The notes beneath the pieces were generated by a model. The model saw only the letters and a program-made list of their open reading frames with translations. It made no database searches and was not told where the DNA came from. A DNA stretch of 63,976 nt, filler included, from Pseudomonadota bacterium (lineage in GTDB: Bacteria > Desulfobacterota > Desulfobacteria > Desulfobacterales > JBDRRP01): the NCBI GenBank assembly GCA_043825735.1. It is 7 parts of 7 records of this genome, joined end to end, with 100 filler letters (N's around TTAATTAATTAA, not from the genome) between each part and the next. Parts side by side here need not be neighbours in the genome. Positions count along the whole stretch, not along the records: positions 1 to 26,520 come from JBDRRP010000094.1; positions 26,621 to 46,024 come from JBDRRP010000096.1; 5 more parts are not named here. One strand, written 5' to 3'. The translations under genes were made by a program, and so were the position numbers. Shown here piece after piece: positions 19,562-29,600 of the stretch (positions are counted from its first letter, which is position 1; every line of letters starts with the position of its first letter).

Positions 19562-19874
19562 AACACCTCCTGGTGAGCATAGAAATCGGTATCGGTCTTG
19601 GAAAACATCGATCCCGACCCCGACAGGATCTCAGGGATGAAACGGAACATTATTGTGACAAGTGCTCTACGCGCCATCTGTTTGTTACCAAATTCAAAAA
19701 AGAAATTCGGATACAGGTGACTGGAGAGACGGCTTTTACGAGATAGCCGAAGGGCGTGTTCCGGAGCGTTCGACCGGCCATGGCACGGGAGCCGGGATAT
19801 CCGCCGGAAAAGCGAATGGCCTGGAAACTGGGCACGGTGGCCGGGGCGCGTGCCCTTTTGCGAGAACGGAAGCT

Positions 19875-21248
19875 TTAGTCCGGCCCGGTGTCCATGTTGT
19901 ATTTTTTGAGCTTGTAGCGCAAGGTGCCGCGGGGAATGCCCAGCATGCGGGCGGCCTGGGCCGTATTGCCGCCGGTTCTGTTCATGGCCCGTGCGATGAG
20001 TTTGCTGGTGACCTGATCGACGACCGATTCGATGTCGAACATGTCGTCGGGCACCTCGATGGCATCCCCGTTGCCCTCGAACGTGGTGATCTCCCGGGGC
20101 AGGTGGGCGACGGTCAATGTCAGCTCACTGTGCATGATGCAGATGCGTTCGATGACGTTTCTCAGTTCCCGCACATTGCCGGGCCAACTGTATCGTATGA
20201 GCAGATCCGCAGCGGTGTCGCTGATATCCATGAAATGCTTGTTGAACTGCCTGGAGAACTGCGCCAGAAAGACCTGGGCCAGGGCGAGGATATCTTCCGG
20301 GCGCCCTTTGAGCGGTGGGACGTGTATGGGAAATACGTTGAGCCGGTAGTACAGGTCCTCCCGGAAGCGCTTGTTGCGGATGGCCTCAAGCGGATCGATG
20401 TTGGTGGCGGCGATAATCCTGACGTCGGTGGTGATATCCCGGTTGCCGCCCAGCCGCCGGAAGCGGCGGCGTTCCAGAACGCCCAGCAGCTTGGCCTGGA
20501 GAATCATGGGGATCTCCCCGATTTCATCGAGAAACACCGTGCCGCCTTCCGCGGCCTCGAACAGCCCTTTTTTTCGCTGTTTGGCGTCGGTGAAGGCCCC
20601 CTTCTCATGGCCGAACAATTCGCTTTCCAGCAGATTCTCCGGCAGTGTGGCACAATTGATCTCGAGAAACGGCCGTTCCTTTCTCGGACTCAGGGTGTGG
20701 ATGCTCTGGGCCACTACCTCCTTTCCCGTGCCGCTTTCGCCGGTGATCAGCACCGTGGCGCTGTCGTGCCGGGCCACTTCGGTGACCTGGTTGAGCACCT
20801 GCTGCATGGCCGCGCTTTCGGCCACCATATCGAGCTTTCCCGGCAGGTTGAGCCGTCGCTTGAGAAGACCCACCTGCTGCTTGAGCTGCTGGGCCTCCAG
20901 AGCCAGCCGGATGATCAGTTTGATGACGTCGGCCTTGAAGGGTTTCTTGATGTAGTCGTAGGCGCCCAGTTTCAGCGCCGCCACCGCCGATTCAACCGAT
21001 GCGTAACCGGTGACGATGATCACCAGCAGGTTGGGGTCAATCTCGTGGGCTTTTTTGAGTACATCGATGCCGTGCATGTCGGGAAGGTTCAGATCCAGCA
21101 GCGCCACGGCGAAATCGGCCTCGGCGAGCAGCGAAAGGGCGCCGGTGCCGTTTGCAACCGTGGTCACCTGGTAGTCCTCTTCGGTTAGAATCCGCTGCAG
21201 GTTGTCGCGGATGATGGGTTCATCGTCGATAACCAAAATGTTGGCCAT
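19875..21248 (-). CDS. Sigma54-dependent (NtrC-family) response regulator
   Basis: REC domain, GESGTGKE, ESELFGHEKGAFTDA, FLDEIGE, WPGNVREL, Fis-type HTH. Confidence 0.95.
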   Translation of the reverse strand: MANILVIDDEPIIRDNLQRILTEEDYQVTTVANGTGALSLLAEADFAVALLDLNLPDMHGIDVLKKAHEIDPNLLVIIVTGYASVESAVAALKLGAYDYIKKPFKADVIKLIIRLALEAQQLKQQVGLLKRRLNLPGKLDMVAESAAMQQVLNQVTEVARHDSATVLITGESGTGKEVVAQSIHTLSPRKERPFLEINCATLPENLLESELFGHEKGAFTDAKQRKKGLFEAAEGGTVFLDEIGEIPMILQAKLLGVLERRRFRRLGGNRDITTDVRIIAATNIDPLEAIRNKRFREDLYYRLNVFPIHVPPLKGRPEDILALAQVFLAQFSRQFNKHFMDISDTAADLLIRYSWPGNVRELRNVIERICIMHSELTLTVAHLPREITTFEGNGDAIEVPDDMFDIESVVDQVTSKLIARAMNRTGGNTAQAARMLGIPRGTLRYKLKKYNMDTGPD

Positions 21249-24200
21249 TATGCGTCGTCCTTATCGTCAGCCAGGGGAAAATAGATTCGGAAGGTGGCCC
21301 CCCGCCCGGGTTCGCTGTCAGCGACGATCTTTCCCTGGTGCTCTTCTATGATGGTGTGGGTGATGGACAGCCCCAGGCCGGAGCCTTCAGGGTTGCGGGT
21401 GAAAAACGGATCAAAAATGTAGTTGATGTCTTCTGGGGCGATTCCAGGGCCGGTGTCGGTAATGGACAGCTCCACCCCGCTTTTTCCCGAAAGAATATCC
21501 AGCTGCGCCACCCGCCGGGTGGTGATGTGGATGCTGCCCCCTTCGCCGACCACGTGCAGGGCGTTGAGCAGGATGTTCAGGATGGCCTGCTTGATCTTTT
21601 CCGGATCCAGCTTGACCGGCGGCAGGCGTTCGGCCCGTGTGCGCACGAGGCTGACGCCCTGTTTGGCGCATTGCTTGTGGACAAAGAACAGACTCGTGTC
21701 AATGACCTTGTCCAGGTCCTTGGGCACCAGCAGCGATGTGGGTTTGGAGGCGTACTGGAGCAGTTCGGTGACGATTTTTTCGAGCTTTTCGATTTCCTCC
21801 AGGGCGCTTTGCATCATCAGCCGCTCGTCGGTGCGGTTGGCCATGCGGTCGTGCAGGTCATCGAGCAGGAGGCTGATTCCGGTGAGCGGGTTTCTGATTT
21901 CATGGGCGATGCCTGCGGCGAGCGTCCCCAGTGATACCAGGCGATCGGATCGGTTCAGGTGCTGTTCCATGCGTTTTCGGCGGCTGATATCGCGAAATAT
22001 CAGCAGCACGGACCGGTTGTCCGGTATCTGAGGATCGTTGAGGATGGAAACGGCGGTTTCGAGAAACACCTGCCGATTGGCCGCCGTTGTGATCTGAAAA
22101 TCAGCATTGGTATTTTTCCCCGTAGTGATGGCGTCGGTGATCTGCCGCAGCAGTTCCGGAAAAGCGCCAAGCACGGTGGCCGCCCCCTCGCCGATGCGCG
22201 CCCTTATCGGGGCCTCAAGGATTTCTTCCGCTTTGATGTTGGCCGAGCGGATGCGGCCGCCGTGGTCCACCACCAAAAGGCCGCTGAGCATGTTGGCGAA
22301 GATGCTCTCGATGAAGTCACGCTCGGCCACGGTCTTGTGGAGCAGCTGGGCCCTTTCCAGTGCCATGCCCGCCTCGTTGGCTATGATCTTGAGTGATTCC
22401 ATCTCCTCGGTGGTGATGCGCTTTCGGGCCGAAGCGTAATCGGCGCCGAGGACACCGATGGTGCGCTCGCCGATACGCACCGGCGCAAACCCGTAGCTGA
22501 GCGCGTTGCTTTGCCGAGCGATGGCCAGATCCAACGGAGTCAGGCTTACCGCGTCGGTCACGTTTTCAACGAGGCAGGGTTTCGATGAGCGAAACACCCG
22601 CGTCTGGGCACAGTCGTCGTCGGTGAGGTGGTAGCTGTTCTCCCGGGCGAGGCTTTCCACCACCGGATCGAAACCATACGTTTTCACGCATTCCAGCCGA
22701 TCGCTCTCCTTATTATGGAGGTAAACAAGGGCGCGGTCGAAGCCAATGCCCTCCACGCAGGTGCGGACGATGACATCGAGGACTTCCTCCCGGCTGAAGT
22801 TGGCACTGAGATAATGGCTGAAAGCATGGATGGTCTTGAGGATGTCCACCTGTCTTTCGAGACGCAGCGAGTAGGTTTCGATTTCGTTTTTGGTGGTTTT
22901 CAGATCCTCCAGGGACAGGACCAGATCCCCTTGCTTCTGCTTGAGCTCCCGCCCCATTTTTTCGAAATTCCGGGCCAGGATTTCCAGCTCGTCGCCGGAA
23001 TGGATGTTGACACTGAAGTCAAAGCGCCCCTGGCTGATCTCCTTGATCTTGTCGGTGAGCATGAGAATGGGGCGGGTGAAACTGCGTGCCAGGATCACCG
23101 CGATGATGCCGACGATGCCCCCGGCAATGAGAATGATCACGGCGAAATGGCGGACGGTGTGAGCCAGCCCGTCTGCCAGGCGCTGGGCGCTCTGGTTTAC
23201 CGCTTTGTGAAAGATGTCGGTCTGGGCGCCGAGGGTGACGCCGCCGAAGTAGCCGGTTTTCCGGTACTCGCCGTGGGCGAAGGCAATCGGGGCGTAAGCC
23301 AGGACCCGTGATACGCCCCCCACGCTGGCAGTCTGTGTGACCCCGGAACGACCGGCCAGAACCTCCTGGGCCACATGGCGGTAGTTGGTGTGAATGAAGG
23401 GCACGTGCAGCAGGTTGAAAGGGACGTAGCCGGCCTTCATCGCGCTTTCGTTGTAGTCCATTCCGGTGGGATCCACCAGTCGCCCGGTTTCCCGGTCGTA
23501 GCCGCGAATATCCCAGTACTTGGGGTGAGTGATGATCCATCCCGCATCGTCGAAGAGAAAGGCGTAGTTGCCGCTGCTGTAGCTGGGGAACACCACTTCG
23601 CGGTTTCCCAGGGGCAGCACGTGCTGGGTGTACTCCATGAGGTGGCGGTGGTCGAGGGCGAGCGACACCACGCCGGCAAAAACCGGTCCCCGGTAGGCCG
23701 GCATGGCGAACCGGAGGATCCCGTCGTAACTGGCGCCGCCCACGGCGGTCTCAACCCCGGCGGCGCCCTGTAGCTGCTCTGCCTCGCGAACATGACGCCC
23801 GAGCAGGTGGGAGACATAAAGCGCTCCCCGGGGCAGCGCCTTGGCCTGGTTGAAATAATCTTCTTCGCCGAAGGGGCCCCAAAACGGGCGATTGAGATCC
23901 CGCCGGGTATCATAGGTGGCGGCGTCGAAAATCCGGATCCGCTCGATCCCGTCCGGGCCGGCAAAAGTGATTTCCTTGTACAGGGGAATGGGTCGTCGGA
24001 TCTCCTGTGAGGCGCCATTGTCGCCGACCCGGATCCAGATGGTTCGCTGGTGGGACTGGTAAAATCCCGTATACACGATGGGGTCTGTGGGCAGATAGGA
24101 GAGCGTGCGCAGGTCGTCGGCGCTGCCCTGGAGAAAGAGCGCCACCTGCTGGGCGATGGCCCGCGCGCGCGCCTCCAGGAGCGTACTGGCGTTTCGCACG

Positions 24201-24340
24201 AGTTCCTCGCGCGTGGTGCTGAAGGCCTCTTCGCCCACCTGGACCACTTTCTGCCGGGCGTAGAGGCTTAAAATGACCAGCGGCAATAAAGACAGGGTCA
24301 GAAAGGCGAAGAGAAATTTTTTAGTGATGCCAAATCGCAT
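21248..24340 (-). CDS. Sensor histidine kinase (Cache-HAMP-GAF-PAS-HisKA-HATPase)
   Basis: Two TM helices around a large periplasmic domain, HAMP (SGDELEILARNF), GAF, PAS, AHEIRNPL, DTGPGI, GSGLGL. Start set at ATG 24340 (MRFGITKK). Confidence 0.9.
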   Translation of the reverse strand: MRFGITKKFLFAFLTLSLLPLVILSLYARQKVVQVGEEAFSTTREELVRNASTLLEARARAIAQQVALFLQGSADDLRTLSYLPTDPIVYTGFYQSHQRTIWIRVGDNGASQEIRRPIPLYKEITFAGPDGIERIRIFDAATYDTRRDLNRPFWGPFGEEDYFNQAKALPRGALYVSHLLGRHVREAEQLQGAAGVETAVGGASYDGILRFAMPAYRGPVFAGVVSLALDHRHLMEYTQHVLPLGNREVVFPSYSSGNYAFLFDDAGWIITHPKYWDIRGYDRETGRLVDPTGMDYNESAMKAGYVPFNLLHVPFIHTNYRHVAQEVLAGRSGVTQTASVGGVSRVLAYAPIAFAHGEYRKTGYFGGVTLGAQTDIFHKAVNQSAQRLADGLAHTVRHFAVIILIAGGIVGIIAVILARSFTRPILMLTDKIKEISQGRFDFSVNIHSGDELEILARNFEKMGRELKQKQGDLVLSLEDLKTTKNEIETYSLRLERQVDILKTIHAFSHYLSANFSREEVLDVIVRTCVEGIGFDRALVYLHNKESDRLECVKTYGFDPVVESLARENSYHLTDDDCAQTRVFRSSKPCLVENVTDAVSLTPLDLAIARQSNALSYGFAPVRIGERTIGVLGADYASARKRITTEEMESLKIIANEAGMALERAQLLHKTVAERDFIESIFANMLSGLLVVDHGGRIRSANIKAEEILEAPIRARIGEGAATVLGAFPELLRQITDAITTGKNTNADFQITTAANRQVFLETAVSILNDPQIPDNRSVLLIFRDISRRKRMEQHLNRSDRLVSLGTLAAGIAHEIRNPLTGISLLLDDLHDRMANRTDERLMMQSALEEIEKLEKIVTELLQYASKPTSLLVPKDLDKVIDTSLFFVHKQCAKQGVSLVRTRAERLPPVKLDPEKIKQAILNILLNALHVVGEGGSIHITTRRVAQLDILSGKSGVELSITDTGPGIAPEDINYIFDPFFTRNPEGSGLGLSITHTIIEEHQGKIVADSEPGRGATFRIYFPLADDKDDA

Positions 24341-24401
24341 GGGTGGCAATGTTCGATGTCCGGTGCCCAGCCGCCCGAAACGGGCGGCCGTCTCCTGTGG
24401 G

Positions 24402-24439
24402 GAAAAAATGGAGGGCTCTGGTGCCGGGCACCCTCCATT
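24402..24439 (-). terminator. Intrinsic terminator after oadB
   Basis: Minus strand ATGGAGGG...CCCTCCAT hairpin followed by a T run. Confidence 0.55.
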
Positions 24440-24500
24440 CACGTCTCTTGATGCTTTCAGCCGGTGTCGTCAAAAGACGGTGATGCCGCCCGGTCAGCGC

Positions 24501-25625
24501 CTACGCCATGAAGCTCCATAGGATGCCGGCAGCGATGGCTGAGCCGATAACCCCGGAGCTGTTGGGGGCCATGGCGTGCATGAGCAGGTAGTTGGTGGGG
24601 TCCGCCTTGAGCCCCACCAGGTGGACTTCCCGGGCGGAGCCAGGCACAGCCGACACACCGGCGGCCCCCAGCAGGGGATTGATCTTATTTTTCGTAAACA
24701 GGTTCATGAACTTTGCGAACAGAACCCCCGAGGCAGTGGCGATGCTGAAGGCGACGGCGCCGAGAACGAAGATGCCGATGGCTTTGGGCGTAAGAAACAC
24801 GTCGGCCTGGGTGCTGGCACCCACGGTGAGACCCAGAAAAATGGTGGCCGTGTCGATGATGGCGGTTCGGGCCGTCTGGGCCAGGCGCTCCACGACGCCG
24901 CTGACCTTCATCATGTTGCCGAAAAAGAAGGGCCCGAGCAGCGGAATGGACGCCGGGGCGAGAAAGCAGCACAGCAGCATGCCCACGATCGGGAAGATGA
25001 TCTGCTCTTTTTTTCCGGGTATCCGAGGCTCTTCCATGCGGATCATGCGCTCTTCCTGGGTGGTGAGCAGGCGCATGATGGGTGGCTGGATGATAGGGAT
25101 CAGCGCCATGTAGGAGTAGGCGGCGATGGCGACAGGCCCAATGAGATGTGGGGCCAGCTTGGCCGTCAAAAAGATGGACGTGGGGCCGTCAGCGCCGCCG
25201 ATGATGGCGATGGACGCGGCTTCTTTGGGCAAAAATCCGAGGGCCAGCGCACACAGCAGGGTGAAGAAGATTCCGAACTGAGCGGCTGCGCCGAGCATCA
25301 TGAGCTTGGGCTGCGCCAGCAGGGAGGAAAAATCGGTCATGGCGCCCAGGCCCAGAAAGACGATGGACGGATAGACCCCTGTGGTGACACCGAAATACAG
25401 ATAGTGCAGCACGCTATTGTTTTCGTAGATGCCGAGGCCGAAGCCTTTGAAAAAGGGGATGTTGCCGACCAGAATACCGAACCCGATGGGCAGCAGCAGT
25501 AGCGGCTCGTACTCCTTGGCAATGGCCAGGTAGAGAAAGAGGCTGCCGATGATGATCATAATGATGTTGCGGTAATCCGCCAGATAATACCCGGTGTTGG
25601 ATAAAAACTGAAATAAAAGGTCCAT
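24501..25625 (-). CDS. oadB: Na+-translocating decarboxylase beta subunit
   Basis: EPLLLLPIGFG, GAMTDF, IIGGADGPT, AAYSYMAL, GVSAVP, HAMAPN. Confidence 0.93.
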   Translation of the reverse strand: MDLLFQFLSNTGYYLADYRNIIMIIIGSLFLYLAIAKEYEPLLLLPIGFGILVGNIPFFKGFGLGIYENNSVLHYLYFGVTTGVYPSIVFLGLGAMTDFSSLLAQPKLMMLGAAAQFGIFFTLLCALALGFLPKEAASIAIIGGADGPTSIFLTAKLAPHLIGPVAIAAYSYMALIPIIQPPIMRLLTTQEERMIRMEEPRIPGKKEQIIFPIVGMLLCCFLAPASIPLLGPFFFGNMMKVSGVVERLAQTARTAIIDTATIFLGLTVGASTQADVFLTPKAIGIFVLGAVAFSIATASGVLFAKFMNLFTKNKINPLLGAAGVSAVPGSAREVHLVGLKADPTNYLLMHAMAPNSSGVIGSAIAAGILWSFMA

Positions 25626-25667
25626 GGAACGTTGCTCCTTACTCTCTGCGAACCGGATTGAAACGGT

Positions 25668-26075
25668 TTATGGTTTCCAGGTGAAACAGCCCTCGCCGTC
25701 GGAGATCAGGTGGCCGGCGTCCCGAAGGGCGCGAATGCTGATGTGCACATGGGGCAGGTTGTGCTCGGCCCCGATGGCGTGCAGGCGGGTCAGTTCAAAG
25801 GGTGTTTCGAGTCGGTCGGCAAGCGCTCTGTAAATGCCGGCCACGGCATCGATGTCATCGGGCATAAGATCGGGGATGACTAAGGCGCGTTGGGTATCGG
25901 AGGCGTCCTCCACACCGGCGGGCTGGCTTTTCGGTGGGCGTTCCAGCCAGCCCAGGATTTTATGCAACTGGGAAATAATCGTCGCGAGTACAGCCAGGCC
26001 GCAAATGACGATGGTGATTCCGGCAAGGGCCATAGCCCAGCCGTTGGCTGCGTTGATGGCTTGTAGTCCTGTCAC
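25668..26075 (-). CDS. oadG: OadG-family (decarboxylase gamma/delta) subunit with C-terminal extension
   Basis: GTG start after AGGAGAGG; a single TM segment (GWAMALAGITIVICGLAVLATIISQLHK); immediately upstream of oadB. Confidence 0.75.
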   Translation of the reverse strand: MTGLQAINAANGWAMALAGITIVICGLAVLATIISQLHKILGWLERPPKSQPAGVEDASDTQRALVIPDLMPDDIDAVAGIYRALADRLETPFELTRLHAIGAEHNLPHVHISIRALRDAGHLISDGEGCFTWKP

Positions 26076-26255
26076 AGTTCCCTCTCCTGCATTCAGTACG
26101 CGGGGGTTGTGTGGGCATCTAGGGCCGGGGCCGGCACGAACTCCCGTTGTTTCGCTGTATGGTTGATTGCGCGCCCCGCCGCCGATGGCGGTCAATGGCA
26201 GGGCACCGGAGAGCGTGTCTGTTGGCGGACCGAAACGCTCTCCGGGTTTCCGTTG

Positions 26256-26520
26256 TTATTTTCCGGCCCTGCCGTCGTCGCAGGCCTCACCGGCGCCGGC
26301 ACTGTGCTCGGCGGTGTCGGAGAGCACGCAGGCGTCGGTGTCGGCGCTGGCGGCGCCCTCTGGAGTGCCTTCTGTCTTTATCATGACCGGTGCGGCCTCG
26401 GCCATCTGCTTGAGCTTGAGGTAGCGAAGGGCGAACTGCTCCTCGAGCTCGGCGTGGAGCTTTTTGGCCTCGGCCGGGAACGTCTTTTCAAGGGCGGCGT
26501 AGCGCACCTCGCCGCGCAAG
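26256..26520 (-). CDS. nifJ: Pyruvate:ferredoxin (flavodoxin) oxidoreductase, C-terminal end only
   Basis: GEVRYAALEKTFPAEAKKL is the typical NifJ/PFOR C-terminus, followed by a CVLSD...GEACDDGRAG tail. Truncated by the spacer. Confidence 0.8.
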
Positions 26521-26620
26521 NNNNNNNNNNNNNNNNNNNNNNNNNNNNNNNNNNNNNNNNNNNNTTAATTAATTAANNNNNNNNNNNNNNNNNNNNNNNN
26601 NNNNNNNNNNNNNNNNNNNN
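26521..26620. other. Artificial contig spacer (N44-TTAATTAATTAA-N44); the same spacer occurs at 46025-46124, 50151-50250, 54999-55098, 58990-59089 and 61203-61302
   Basis: Identical 100-nt structure with stops in all six frames. Confidence 0.99.
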
Positions 26621-29600
26621 GTGAGTCTGGACGGCGGGAAACTGGCGCCTCCTGGCGGCATTGCGGTTTCGTTTGCCACCACCGGCACCGCGACCTCGGG
26701 GACCGATTATACGGCCCTGAGCACACCGGTGACGATTGCGGCGGGCGCTAACGCGGCCACGATCACGGTGACGCCTGCGGACGATGTGCTCGTGGAAGGT
26801 GACGAAACGGTCATCGCTACGCTGACGGGCACAAACAATGGCGACGTTACCATCAATACCGCTGCGAACGCTGCAACGGTAGTGATTGCCAGCGACGATA
26901 CGGCCACCCTCACCATCGGCAACCTCTCCCAGCGCGAAGGCAGCGGGAACGGGACCACCAATTTTGTTTTCCCGGTGACCCTCAGCGCGGCCGTGCAAGG
27001 CGGCTTCACGCTGGCCTATACCACCAACGACGGCACCGCGACTGTGGCCGATGGTGACTACACCGACAACGACAACAGTCTGAGCTTTGCCGGCACGATC
27101 GGTGAAGTCAAAAACATCACGGTGGTCGTGGCCGCCGACAACAAGAGTGAGCCCGACGAAACCTTTACGGTTGCTCTGGGCGCCCTGTCCGCCATCGATC
27201 CCGTAGCGGCGGGCAAGATCTCGCTGGTGGGCAGCCCGGCCACCGGCACTATCGAGTATGACGACTACGAAGTGTCCATCGGTGTGGACAAGACCTTGAA
27301 CGAAGGCAATGCCGGCACCACGAACTTTGTCTTTGATGTCAGTCTGGACCGGTTAAACAAATCCGGCGGCAACATCACTGCCGCTGTGAGTGTCACTGGC
27401 GACACCGCCACGGCCGGCTCCGACTACGTCTCACCGCCGCCGGCGTCTGTGGTATTCGCCAATGGGGATACCTCAAAAACCTATACCGTTGCCGTGAATG
27501 GCGACACGACGGTAGAGCGCGACGAAGTCTTCCTGGTTACCCTCACCGGCGCAACGCCGGCAGTGGGCAGCAATTCCGCCGCGGTGAGCAGCGCCTCATC
27601 GGCGAACGTGGCCGTCGGGGTCATCAACAACGACGACGTTTATGACATCACCATCGACGATGCGCTGCCAGCCGGCGGCGTCCCCGAAGGCACCGCGCTC
27701 ACGTTTAAAGTCAATCTCAGCCAGGCGGTGCACAACGATGGTGCCGGTGATAAGGTCACGGTGGCCTATACCACCCAGGCCGGACCCGCCCCGGCGGCGG
27801 CATCCGGATCCGACTATCCGTCCACGTCCGGTACCCTGACGTTTAATCCGGGCAGTATCCAAGAAACCATCACTGTCCCAACTACTGCCGATGACACGGT
27901 GGAGTTGAATGAGAACCTGCAGGTGTTCATCAGCAGTCCCACTCAGTTGAGCCGCGGCACAGCGACAATTTCCCGCACCACGGCCGACGGGATCATCAAG
28001 AACGACGACCTCTACAAGTTGTCGATCAGCAACGCCGCGGCTTCCGTCGACGAGGGCAATCCGTTGACCTTCACGGTCACTCTGCTCCAGGCCCCGCTCT
28101 CCGGCCAGACCGTATCCGTCAATTACACCACGACCGACGGCACGGCCAAGGCCGGGATCGACTACACCGCTGTAGCCGGCAGCTTTACCTTTGCCGCCGG
28201 CCAGAGCAGCAAAACGATCACGGTGAACAGCATCAACGACACACTCGTCAACGACGGCGACCTGTCCTTCACCGTCGATCTCAGCGGTGCGACCACCACG
28301 GGTACCGGAGTTACCATTGTCACCGGTTCCGGTACCGGCACCATCCTTGACAACGAATACGACGTCAATGCGACTATCAGTGGTGGCAACGGTACCGTCA
28401 GCCCCGCCAACGAGGTGGTGCAGAAGGGGTCCAATTCCAACACGTTTACCTTTACCGCCGATGCCGGCTATTGCATCCAGAACGTCACGCGCAGCGACAC
28501 CGGGAGTGTCCTGGGCGGCGTTGTTCCCACCAGCCCGTATGGCACAACATTTCCTAACATCCAGACCGACCCCACCAATATCGTGGGCACGTACAGGAGA
28601 CAAATCCAGTTCACCGTATACATCGAGCCGGCTGGGGCTCAGGCGGACGGCAAGTGGCGCTTAATCGACGTCGATGGCGGCGCCGTGACTATCGGCGGGG
28701 ATGCCGAAGGCTGGCATGCCTCTGGTACAAGCCAGGCCCTGCCCTGTGAGCGGACCCAATTCAAACTGCAGTTCTATCCCCTTTCCGGGTGGGACGCGCC
28801 GTCTCAAAACGACGTTATATACCCCATTGGGCCGGCAGACAGCGACATGACGGTAACGGGCACCTATATATCCAAGAGTGTGACTCTGACCCTCGCCGCC
28901 GTTGGCGGCGGCGGCGGCGAAACGTTTAGCGCCGATCCGGCCGGCAGCCAGGAAGCCGGTGAGGGCACCTACACCTATCTACGGGCGGATGCCACCTCCG
29001 TAACCGTGACCGCCAGTACGTCGTCAGCAGGTTATTATTTCGTTGGTTGGTCTCCGACCGGGGATGTGTCCGATTCAACGGCTTCATCCACCACGGTCGT
29101 GATGAACGCATCCAAAACCCTGACGGCCACCTTTGCGCAGTACGGCGCGGACGCCGATGGCGACAAATACTTTGCCGGCACCGGCCCCGGGGATGACTGC
29201 AACGACAATGATAAGAACATCTACCCGGGAGCCATTGATTATTGCAACGACGGCATCGATCAGGACTGCTCCGGTGCGGACGAAATCTGCGGCGCTCTCG
29301 ACACCGATAATGACGGCGACGGCTACACCGAAAACCAGAACGACTGCAATGACAACAACGCCGCCATCAATCCGGCTGCCTCTGAGATCTGCGGCAACGG
29401 TGTGGATGAGGACTGCTATGAAGGCGACAGGGCGTGCGGCGGCGAAGTGACGTGCGTTACTGCTTCGAATATACCCCTGGAGACCCAGGCCCAGGCCGCC
29501 CCGCCCAACGTGCTTTTTGTCCTTGACGATTCCGGGAGCATGGACTGGTCGATCATGACCGAGGAAAGCGGCGGGGACTTCAATAATAGCACCTATATGT

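Noticed and set aside
19829..19858. Sigma54 promoter candidates near the NtrC-type gene (GGCACG motifs)
   Set aside because: No GC at the -12 position with correct spacing. The sequence is better explained as a GGGCACG/CGTGCCC hairpin.
26565..26576. TTAATTAATTAA palindrome recurring six times
   Set aside because: Artificial six-frame-stop linker inside N runs. ORFs containing X that cross it are artefacts.
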